From Somniosus microcephalus (taxonomy: Eukaryota): 64,000 nucleotides of DNA. The translations under genes and the position numbers were made by a program. The DNA lies in the NCBI GenBank assembly GCA_052327205.1, contig CM126206.1, positions 205,158,001-205,222,000 on the forward strand, read 5' to 3'. The notes beneath the pieces are model-generated. The model saw only the letters and a list, made by a program, of their open reading frames with translations. It was not told the origin of the DNA and searched no databases. Each line of letters begins with the position of its first letter. The stretch's first letter is position 1. Of the stretch, positions 40,289 through 51,320 are shown in pieces.

Positions 40289-41009
40289 CTAGAGCCAGCG
40301 CAGCCTATTTACCTGTGTTCGCTTCAGTACGACTTATGGAAGAGACCCCTCGTTGAGATGGAGGTAGAAAAGGTAAAGGGGACCTATCTGTTGGACACGG
40401 GGGCATCATGCACCGTGATCCATTCAGATAACCCCACCACCTCAGCTCCATCTAGCGGGGTCCCATACAGCCTGTCGGGATTCACGGGTAAAGAACAGGC
40501 AGGCTCATTTTCCATCCCGCTGTCCATTCGTTTAGGAACACTCCGCTCTAAGTGGACCTGTATCCTAATGAAGTGGGAACTGGAGGGTGGAAAAGGGATC
40601 CTGGGAGCCGACTTTATTGTGGGCCACGGGATCCTAGTGGATTTAAGGAATCTCTGCCTATGGGGGGCAAGTACAGGAAAGGAAGGCGGAGTAGTAGTAA
40701 TCCCAGGGAAAGAGGGGAAGGGGACCCTGTGCACCATGAAGTCTAAAGAGGGTTATAACCTCGAGCTCATGGTCAGTAATACCCCAAATGAGTTCCAGGC
40801 ATCTGTGCGAGCCCACCAAGCCACATTTGCCACACACAAGCACGACTGTGGGAGGGTCAACGGGTTAGAGGTCAGCGTAGACGGGGACCCTATGGCCCGA
40901 CCACAAAAACAGTATAACTTCCCCAGGGAAGCGGAGCCAGACATGGAAGCAGCCATGTCCTCCTTAGTGCAACAGGGGGTCCTGAGACCGATAGCCACCC
41001 ACGTAAACT
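40289..41009 (+). pseudogene. Provirus protease and RT N-terminus; rest of pol deleted
   Basis: LLDTGAS and GILGADF protease motifs, then PQKQYNFP...LVQQGVLRP..VN. RT homology stops at ~41009 with no RT core, RNase H or integrase recognisable. Confidence 0.85.
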
Positions 41010-43677
41010 GTGAACTGGAAAGTTCACAGACCGCACAGGAGGGGGGCAATGGCTCGTGTTAAAAAACCACCAGCCAGAAAACCCCCACCAGCCAAAGTCC
41101 CTAGAAGGTCCCCACGAACGCCACGGCCAAAGAAACCGTGGTCACCGGCTCCCCAGTTTAAACGGGCAGCCTCTCGTCAGGGATCGGTCTGAGGACAGAG
41201 GTTCCCAGCCAGCAGCCGCAGGCTGCGAGGGACCGAAAGTACAGGACAGGGCAGCCACACCGAAGGGAGTAGTGTGCTGCAGCCCGAACAGGGATTAGCC
41301 TGGCCGCCCGGAGACGGGCGGCAGATGTACATAGTTTCTGTAATGTAATTTGGTTATTGTTAAGTTTGGGTGTTTAGTTTAATTTTAAACAAGGTGATTG
41401 GTAGTTTAAATATTATTGTTTTAGTGTTTGTATTGTGTCAAGGTCACAAGACTCGACTATGCTTCATCCAAGCCAGAGAATCTTCTCGGGACCTGGCTAT
41501 ATGCTCGTGTCTCTTTACAGAAGGGATTTCGGGATGAAGGGGGGCATACTCCTACTCGCCCCGATAGGAATGAGCACAGGGAAGCGAGGTGATGTGGAGG
41601 ACTCCCACATCTATGGGTGCTCAGGAGAGAGAGCACCGGTTGTGACTGCTGGGGGCAGCGAACGAGGCGTGGAGGAGCTCGCCATCTATTCCCATGAGGG
41701 AAGATGGCCAGGGTGGCTGGGATCCAACTCCACCCGGTACTCCAGCCAGACCGGGTTCACCTATGGGGAGGCCTCCCTCCCCTGCCCCAGCATACAGGTG
41801 GTGGCCACACGGGTTGGGGTCATTGAGGGGAAACGCGTGTGCCTGACTTGCAGAGTACAGATTCCACTGGGAAGGTGGTGGTGGCTCAGAAAGCTGAGCA
41901 AAGACTTGGGGGACCGTACAGCTGACTGGGTACGACTAGGGAACGACACCTACCGGACGGTCACAGGGACCCGAGGGGGGACTAGTGTATGCTGGGATAA
42001 GTGGTGGGAGTCGGAACAGGGAATTTATGTCTGCATGTGGGGGTCGCAAAGGGCCTGCCCCACAGGCATATCCATCATCTTCTCCGCATCATGGCAGGAT
42101 AAGGGGAAGGGGGTGGAATGGGATTCCCACCTACACACTTGCATAGTCCCACGCTCCCCAGCCCCAGTTAAAGCCACTGAACTAGTGGCACGCGCCCGAA
42201 AGCCCCTGCCCATGACCCAGGCAGCAAGGACACACAGAGAGGGGTGCCCTGCCACCACCAAGGGACCAGGGAATGGGCTGGTACTAGTGCCGACGGAAAA
42301 GGTGCTATACCAGGGAGTACACGACGCGGTAGCTTCCGTGATTCTGAACCTTACCGAGGTACACTTACCTGAGTGGTGCCCCAAAGAGACAGAACAGCTA
42401 TACCAGGCCCCGTTAAGAGAAATGTTTAGGAAATTCTACGAGTTCGATTTTGCCAATGTAGACAAGACAGAACTGTCCACTACACACACTGAGTATTTTG
42501 GTAGTGCGGGGAGACAAAGAAGGGGAACCTGGAATGATGTTTTCACAGCGTTTAACACAGGATCCTCTGTTATAAACAGCCTGGATGACATAGTATTGCA
42601 GACACAGATAAACAGTTTGAACACACAATTGCGAAAAATCTTAATGGATGAAAATACAGTAGTAGGCTCAGAGTTACACGAGGACCAGGCTATGACGTTC
42701 CATTTAAAAGAGATCATTGCTGAGCTGGAGAAGCACGCAAAGACTGTAAATGCCCTCATAAAAGAGAGGACAGCAATGCTTCAGATCAGGCTGCACAGAA
42801 CGAGGTGTGCGTACTGTATGGGGCATGGTTGCTGGGCGAGGGCCGCAGTAACCTGGAGGATTTAAAACAGGGTTTAGTCCCCTCCTGGATCAGCAACAAG
42901 CACCTCGCAGCCCTCCACTGGGCTTCTGAGGCCTACCCTGTCCCAGTAGATTGTGGGCGCTCTAACCACACTATCATGGGGATAGTAGTGAGGATGCCGG
43001 TCATGGGGGGGACAGCCCGACCTGCACCGGTATACAGGGTAGAGAACATTGGAGTCATTCAAGGGGGTGCACACATCCGTTTCACAGTGGTCCCACCTTA
43101 TCTCAAAGTGGGAGCACGCAATAACAGGTACTGACCTCTAGGGGTGCCGGAGCCGGGGAGCACACATAATACTATGTCCCCAGCACTTGAACGCCTATTC
43201 AAAACCACAGTGCAGGTTTAAAGCTGCTGGCGCAAAACCTATAAACTGTACCATGGAGGTAATGGCACAAGACCATGTTCCCCCACAGGTAGCATATATA
43301 GGAGGTGGGACATATTGGCCTAGAAATTCAGTATAGCCACGTTTGGGGCACTACAGCCAGGCGTTCGCTAAATTTAGCGCCCGGCGCAACTTAGCGCCAC
43401 CTTTGCCGATATTCAGTTGCATCGCCCCAAGAGGTTGCTGCTGCGCTAAAGCAGGCGATGCAAGACTATCATAAGGAGCTAAACCAGCGTGCCAAGGCGC
43501 TAACACCGAGGGCGGGTGCAGCGCAGGTGCGGCAAGTTGCTGATTGAAGGCAGACACGCTGGCGCCGGTCAGCTCTTAAAGGGGGAGGGTGGACTTGTTT
43601 GGCTGCCACGCCCTGCACACTGCAGCCCTGAATCAAGGCCTGAACATAGTTGCTTCAACAGGTCAACGCCCACGACT

Positions 43678-46600
43678 ATGGAGAAGGCTAGGGAGCGAGC
43701 GCAGCACTTCAGCGAGGGTGCCCTGAAGCTACTGGTTGGCACAGTGGAGCGCAGGCGACTTGTCCTCGTCCCCGATAGTGGCAGGAGGCCGCTGCCCAGC
43801 GAGTATAGAAAAGCCTGGAGGGAGGTGGCAAACAGGGTGACCTCCAACAGCATGGTTGCCAGGACTCCTGTGCAATGCAGAAAAAAGTTCAATGACCTCA
43901 CTCGGGTTATCAGGGTGAGTGCCCTTTCCAGTATCCTCCTCATCCCTGCATGTGCACCTCACTTTATGGCCAAAGGGACCTGAAAGCCCCAATGCCCAGC
44001 CCTCATCCAACAACTACGGGACTCTCATGAAAATCACTTGCACATTCAGCACTTTACACACTGTCAGGGCTATTCCACCATGGGAGGCAGTGCAGGCAAG
44101 ATCAGGGCTTGACACTGTCAGGGCTATTCCACCATGGGGGGCAGTGCAGGCAAGATCAGGGCTTGACACTGTACTTAGAGGCCGTCCTTTCTCTTGCAGG
44201 GCAAGCTGGCCCACAATCGCAGGCAGCAGCGACGGACCGGGGGTGCCGTCCTGACCTCAAAGAGCTCAGCGACCTGGAGCAGTGTGTGGAGCGCATTATG
44301 GCAGGCCGGCTGATTGGCCCTGTCGCCAGTGGAGATGCCGACCCTGTTCTGGACAGCAATGGTAAGGTCATAACCTTTTTGACCGCTCTTTCCACTTGTG
44401 CCTCACACCAGCATCCTTTGCCACTATCAAACCAATGCAGTGCATAGCAGCACTCATGCCTCCCTCGCTGCCGCCCTGTCCTCACTCTAAAGCAACTCTT
44501 GTGCCTCCCTGCTTTCAAATGCTGAATCGCCAGGTGAGGAGGCGGGCCCTCAAGCTGCCACTGTCAGTGATTCTGAATTCGAGGAGGAGGAAGAGGAAGC
44601 TGGCCCATCAGTGCCACCCTCAGCCGAGGCAGCCCATGGTCATGATGGGGACACGTCTTCCCTGGAAGGGAGCAGGGGGGGGGAAGGGTCCGAGGAGAGT
44701 GAAGCTCCGGGGCCCAGTGGGCTGCAGCAACGCGGGAGGGGTGGGGAAGCTCGGTGGCCTTCTCCCCGGAGGGTGAGTGCGGCCTCCACTCCTGCTACGG
44801 TGAGCGCAGAGGAGGTGCGGCTCCTTGGTGAAATGGGCGCCCAGGCTGAGCGCAGGCACACTGAGCTCATGGCTGCAGTGGCAAGGATGCCTGACTCCAT
44901 AGAGTCACTGGCAAGGAGTGCTCAGGAATTCGGGGCAGCACAGGCCAGGAGTCTGCAAGAATTCAGTGCAGCACAGGCAAGGAGTCTGCAGGACTTCGCG
45001 GCAGCACAGGCGGCTTCCAGCCAAGTACTCAGTCGTACCGTGCATTCACTGGCTGGTCTGATGCAGACACAGATCAGGGCCACACGGGCACTAACTGCTG
45101 CCACCCTCGCTGGATCGGCCAGGCATCGCCGGGGCCCTCGCCGCGCCACAGCAGCCTGTGCTTCAGCAGATTGCTGCGCATGCTGCAGTGCTGGGCCGTG
45201 CGAGTGCCAGTGTATCAGCCGACCAGGGAGTGCCTGTGCTCTGTCAGGTTGGCAGCATTCCTGCAGCCATAAGAACATAAGAAGTAGGAGCAGGAGTAGG
45301 CCATAAGTCCCCTCGGGGCTGCTTCGCCATTCAACAGGATCATGGCTGATCCGAATCTAGACTCACGTCCACTTCCCTGCCCTCTTCCCGTAACCCCTAA
45401 TTCCCTTATCTGCTAGGAAACTGTCTATCTCCGTTTTAAATTTATTTAATGTTGCAGCTTCCACAGCTCTCTGGGGTAGCAAATTCCATAGATTTACTAC
45501 CCTCTGAGTGAAGAAGTTTCTCCTCATCTCAGTTTTGATAGGGCAGCCCCTTATTCTAAGATTATGCCCCCTAGTTCTAGTCTCACCCATCAGTGGAAAC
45601 ATCCTCACCGCATCCACCCGATCAAGCCCCCTCACAATCTTATATGTTTCGATAAGATCGCCTCTCATTCTTCTGAACTCCAATGAGTAGAGTCCCAACC
45701 GACTCAACCTTTCCTCATACGTCAACCCCCTCATCTCCGGAATCAACCGAGTGAACCTTCTCTGAACCGCCTCGAGAGCAAGTATATCTTTTCTTAAATA
45801 TGGAAACCAAAACTGCACGCAGGATTCCAGGTGTGGCCTCACCAATACCCTGTATAACTGCAGCAAGACTTCCCTGTTTTTATACTCCATCCCCCTTGCA
45901 ATAAAAGCCAAGATTCCATTGGCCTTCCTGATCACCCGCTGCACCTGCATACTAACTTTTTGTGTTTCATGCACCAGGACCCCAGATCCTTTTGTACTGT
46001 AGCACTTTGCAGTTTCTCTCCATTTAGATAATAACTTGCTCTTTGATTTTTTTCTGCCAAAGTGCATAAACTCACACTTTCCAACATTATATTGCATCTG
46101 CCAAATCTCTGCCCACTCACTTAGCCTGTCTATGTCCTTTTGCAGGTTTTTTATGTCCTCCTCACTCACTGCTTTCCCTCCCATCTTTGTATCGTCGGCA
46201 AACTTGGATATGTTGCACTCAGTCCCTTCCTCCAAATCGTTAATATAGATTGTAAAGAGTTGGGGTCCCAGCACTGACCCCTGCGGAACACCACTGGTTA
46301 CTGATTAACAGCCCGAGAACGAACCATTTATCCCAACTCTTTGTTTTCTGTTAGATAGCCAATCTTCCACCTATGCCAGTATATTACCCCCAATCCCGTG
46401 ATTTTTTATCTTGATCAGTAATCTTTTGTGTGGAACCTTGTCAAATGCCTTTTGGAAGTCCAAATACACTACATCCACTGGTTCCCCTTTATCCACCCTG
46501 TATGTTACGTCCTCAAAGAATTCGAGCAAACACTGTCACTCCTCCACTGCAGCTGCCACCACCCGTAGGACAGACTGCTGCCGCCCAAGCAGAGTTGGAG

Positions 46601-46798
46601 CAGTCAGCAGCCGGGCCCTCCAGGCCCAGAGCTGGTCCAGGCCGTCCCCCAAGGGCATCTGCCGTCTCACCATCTGGCCCTCAGCAGCCTTCCCCCAGCC
46701 TTGCTGCAGCCACTGGGGTCCCATTGAGGAGGAGCTGCAGGGCGGGAAGGGGCCACTCGCGGAAGCGAGGCGGATCACCCTTGCAGGGGAAAAAGTAG
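43678..46798 (+). pseudogene. Harbinger B Myb/SANT-like DNA-binding gene (spliced, CR1-interrupted)
   Basis: Exon 1 43678-43914 (AWREVANRV...RTPVQCRKKFNDL, gtgagt donor); exon 2 44200-44361 (GKLAHNRR..TGG); exon 3 split by CR1. Confidence 0.8.
45268..46530 (-). mobile_element. 5'-truncated CR1 inside Harbinger B
   Basis: ORF 45363-46274 with KFADD; ATAAGAAC tail. Confidence 0.9.
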
Positions 46799-47132
46799 GT
46801 GGTGTGGCCAAATGTTTTTTTATATATGAAGGCCAAGAAGGTTTCTTTATATATGAAGGCCGAGACTGTTGTGTTTGTTTTTTATATGAAGGCCGAGGAT
46901 CATGGTCATTTTTGTTTAACTGTTTTTTTCATTTTCTGAAGGTTGAGCCAGTTATGTCTCTGACTGTTTTTTGGGGGGTTTATCTGAATTAGTTTGTCAT
47001 GCGGGAAGGGCACAGAGTTTGCACATTGTCCATGTTTGCACTTTGAACTATTTGTTGCCTTGACCAGCTGAGGGCTTGCAGAGCGGCTCCATTCATGTCC
47101 TTTCATTGGCACAAGCCATTCCGAGAGGGGGC

Positions 47133-48208
47133 CTAGAACCGAGTTGCAATAAGCTGCCAACGGACGGCCCTTGCACTTTGTGCCTCCCTCCCGTCTTGGT
47201 GCTCCGCTTCCTCCTCCTCCTCCTCTGGTGGTCCTCCAATGTCTGCTGGCAGTGGCCGAGTCCTGAGGATAGCCAGGTTGTGCAGCATGCAGCACACTAC
47301 AACAAAATGGGAGACTCGCTCAGGCGAGTACTGTAGGGCTCCTCCGGAACGATCCAGACAGCGGAACCATTGCTTGAGCATGCCAATGATGTTCCTGGTA
47401 GCTTGATGGGTGTCATTGTATCGCTCTTCAGCAGGGGTGCTGGGCGCACGGAGCGGGGTCATCAACCAGGTGCACAAAGGATAGCCTTTGTCCTCGAGAA
47501 GCCATCCTCATGGGTGAGCCTGGGCTTCAAAAATGTCTGCCACAGGATGAAGGCATTGTGGCTGCTGCCAGGAAAGCGGGCATTGACAGCTAGTATGAGC
47601 TGCCTGTGGTCACACACCAACTGGACGTTGAGCGAACGGTAGCCCTTCCGGTTGCGGTAATCCTCGGCATTCTGTAGAGGTGCCTGCAAAGCCACATGCG
47701 TGCAGTCAATGGCGCCCTGGACCATGGGGAAGCCCGCTATTCCTCCAAATCCCATTGCACGTTCTTCCTGCTTGTCCAGGGTCATGAGGAAGGAGATGTA
47801 CTGACGTCTCCTTCTGAAAAGGGCATTGGTCACCTGACGGATGCAGCAATGTACCGCGAACTGGGAGATGTTGGAAATGTCCCCAGTAGCAGATTGGAAG
47901 GAGTCGGTGGCATAGAAGTTGAGAGCCACCGTCACTGCCACCGACAGAGATGTCCTGCTCCTCAGCCGTGGCTGCAGATCTCTGCAAAGCAGGTGGCAGA
48001 TCTCGGTGACCACCTCCCTTCTGAATCGCAGCCTCCGAACACACTGCTCCTCAGACATGTTCAGATATGAGAACTGCTGGCGGTATACCTTGGGTGGGTA
48101 AGGCCTCCTGTGCCGACGCCTGTTGGCCCTTCTCCGTCTGGCCATGACTGGCACTCTCTCACGGCGTCTGAGCCCTTTGAATGCAATGCAGTAAGCCAAC
48201 GTTTCCAC
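47133..48208 (-). pseudogene. Harbinger B transposase (HARBI1-like DDE)
   Basis: [44 protein letters not shown]; frameshift near 47530. Confidence 0.9.
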
Positions 48209-50027
48209 CCATTGCAGCCCCCATTATATGTGGCAACTCAAGGCTATGGCACTGAAAGTTAAATCCAAGTGCAAAGCTCTGGCCTGAAGCCAGAAGTACC
48301 TGTGCGAGCGCCGAGTCAAACCAGAAAGCTCTCTCCCTTTGTCTCTCTCCAAATATCCGTCTCTCACAAAGAAGGATTGCCACAAAATGGCTACCACTTA
48401 TAATGCAGGAGGAGTCCCCTTTAAATAGCACCCCCCGCAGCGACTGGGAACCATTCCCCTCTACCAGTCGCTGGGGGCGCCAGCCGCACAGAAGGGCGGC
48501 GCCACTGAAGTTCCGGTTCGGGGCGCACCAAGGGCGTTGCACCATGAAATGACGTCAGGATCTGCGCGCGCAGCTGAGCGGGCGCTGCGGTTTAGTGCCG
48601 CCGCTAAATCTTGAGTGAAGTTCGCGAGAGGCGCAGATCGCGCCGCGCCCGGGCGCTAGCCGCTTAGCACTCCACTTCTCCTCCTCCTAAGGCGCTAACG
48701 GCTGGCGCTAACAACTGAATTTCTAGGCCATTGTGTCACCACAGGTGCGCCCCACTACCAGCATGGACAGCATAGCTGGTGTCTGGTAAGTGACAGCAGT
48801 TTCTGCTTTAAACCCGAGGCAGAAGCTCAAGTGGCCCAGGAATGAATTGGCCCCATTCCTGAACCCTCTACTGTTCACCTCACTGTAAAAGTGAATTTTA
48901 CCAACCTGCAAATATATGTAGCACATTTCGGCTACGAAATCCCCCCTCTACCAGAACATCTTACCAAGTTACTAAAAGCAGTAGTCATCTCACAAAAACA
49001 TTTCTACACGTTGGAGCAGAAGACAGTAGAGATAGGGGCCAAGATATTGAATATTGTAGTTCCACCCTGGTGGGACATCTTTGAAAATATAGAGGTCCTT
49101 TCATGAATTAGAATGGCTTCCCACATCCTCGTGGTTTGCCAGCTGGGAATAGTATTGTACCTAGTGTGCACTCAGTGCAAGGGAAAAGGCCAAATACTAG
49201 AATTCTGAAACCAAAGGACTTGGAAGGAGCATTATGTTAAGGTGGAGGGAGATACACCTGTTTGAATCTTTTTATTTTATATTTCTGAATAAAGATTGTT
49301 GTTTTTTTGTGTTTTTGTTATTTTTAATAAAGATTTTGATGTGTTATTTTTAATAAAGATGTGTGTGTACCAAGTGGTGCAGGGGTGTTGGAACCCCTCC
49401 ATGCTTGGATGTATGTAAATAACTGTATTCTGCCTATGTATGCTTATGTACACTACATTTTTAGAGAATGGGAAATGTGTGTGTCATGGGATGTTAGATA
49501 GGTAATTACAGGGAAGGTTGGCTATGGAGGGTCGGGAATTTTGCTCAACTTTGTAAGTATGATACTTAAAGCGAGTTTTAGTATCAACAGGAGGGAGTGT
49601 AGGGCTCTCAAAATTCACACATTCCCCAAAGTTATTAAAAAAGGGACCCTGAAGGACAAGTTATTAATAAGGGTACCCTAAAGGAAATGGCTTCTGGACC
49701 TTGTGGCAGAAACATGCAAGATTGAAAGCAGGACCCTGCAAAACAGGTCAAGTTCAAAAGGGCTTTGAAAAACCTGACATGCCTGGGCCTGTGGGAGACT
49801 TGTTATTTTTGAAGCCAGACAACTAGATAATACAGAATATGCATTCTTCATTTTGAAACAAATCAACTCACGAAAGACTTAATCTTGAACCCATCAAACC
49901 TTTGCATAAATAATCGCTTACAGTTTAAACTGGCTACCAAGCCAGGAAGATACCGATTCACATTATGCATAACAAACACCGAGACATTAAAGACCATTTA
50001 GCAACGGGGCAACCACCCAAAAAGCAG

Positions 50028-50784
50028 GGGGATAGAATATAAAAATAGGGAGGTATTGCTTCAGTTGTACAAGGTATTGGTGAGACCGCACCTGGAATAC
50101 TGCGTACAGTTTTGGTGTCCATACTTAAGAAAGGACATACTTGCTCTCGAGTCAGTACAAAGAAGGTTCACTCGGTTAATCCCAGGGATGAGGGGATGGA
50201 CATATGAGGAGAGGTTGAGTAGATTGGGGCTCTACTCATTGGAGTTCAGAAGAATGAGAGGCGATCTTATTGAAACATATAAGATTGTGAAGGGGTTGGA
50301 TCGGGTGGATGCGGGGAAGATGTTCCCGATGATGGGTGAAACGAGAACTAGGGGGCATAGTCTTAGAATAAGGGGCTGCTCTTTCAAAACTGAGATGAGG
50401 AGGAACTACTTCACTCAGGGTGGTAGGTCCATGGAATATGCTGCCCCAAAAAGCTGTAGAAGCTACATCATTACATAAATTTAAAACAGAAATAGACAGT
50501 TTCCTAGAAGTAAAGGGAATTAAGGGTTACAGGGAGCGGGCAGGAATTTGGACACGAGTCTAGGTTCGGATCGGTCATGGCCCTGTGGGTAGCGGAGCGG
50601 GCCCTGGGGCCGTGTAGCCTGATCCTGCTCCTATTTCGTGTGTCTAATTCTGTTAGATTCAGGAGATGGTTCTGTGATAGTGGATTGGCGGTTAGGATCA
50701 GATCAGCCATGATCTTATTGAATGGCGGAGCAGGCTCGAGGGGCCGATTGGCCTACTCCTGCTCCTATTTCTTATGTTCTTATG
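50028..50784 (+). mobile_element. 5'-truncated CR1 in the 3' LTR
   Basis: ORF 50056-50478 RT tail; the segment is absent from the 5' LTR at the same position. Confidence 0.9.
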
Positions 50785-51320
50785 TAAGGTGAACGACTAT
50801 ATGTAAGGTGAACAACTATAATCACCTTAGACGAGCCCGCCAAAATTAGACAAAGAAGTAGCCCTGATTTGGCGTGCAGATAACAACCTCCAAAAGAGTA
50901 TAATTGTAGGGCCACCGGTAGGCAGACAAGCAGGCAAAAGTGAGGATGAACTGCTACGGAGACGAGCAAGCAGAGAAGGGCAGTGTAGTGAAGCGTTGGG
51001 GACAAGCAGGCACACGCTCAGGTCCAGGTTACTCGAAACGCAAAGAAGCAGCACGGAACATCGTGGCGAGGAGGCACGGTGGGGCAGGCTCGACCGAAGA
51101 CGACTAGGCCGCAACCATACACGAGGAACGACCACCGCGGTAACAAAGGGCCGGGTAAACCATACCTTCAGATCATTACCACTGCACAGGTAACGATCTA
51201 GACCACCGTGACCGAGCCGACACCGAAGACCGCCAACCGAACCCCAACCGCAACAAAACCTCGACGACCAGACCACCACCGGAAGAACAAAACCCGAAGT
51301 TTTCCACTCTACAAGATAAA

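Larger units (their letters stand above)
43317..48729. mobile_element. Harbinger B DNA transposon inserted in env
   Basis: Perfect 16-bp TIRs GGCCTAGAAATTCAGT; ATT TSD. Confidence 0.93.
41534..49208 (+). pseudogene. Provirus env: signal peptide, Ig-like domain, furin site, class I fusion ectodomain, TM; split by Harbinger B
   Basis: Splice acceptor TCTTTACAG at 41520; MKGGILLLA start; RQRR at 42512-42523; heptad repeat. GGGTY|CVTT is restored across the insertion. PPWWDIF and a hydrophobic TM (HILVVCQLGIVLYLV) lie at ~49060-49170. Confidence 0.8.

Noticed and set aside
44057-44170. 54-bp tandem duplication
   Set aside because: Local duplication within the Harbinger B Myb-gene intron with no sign of function.
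47133-48208. Possible host HARBI1 or NAIF1/MSANTD genes
   Set aside because: Enclosed by TIRs and a TSD, frameshifted and nested in a provirus, so these are transposon genes rather than the domesticated host genes.
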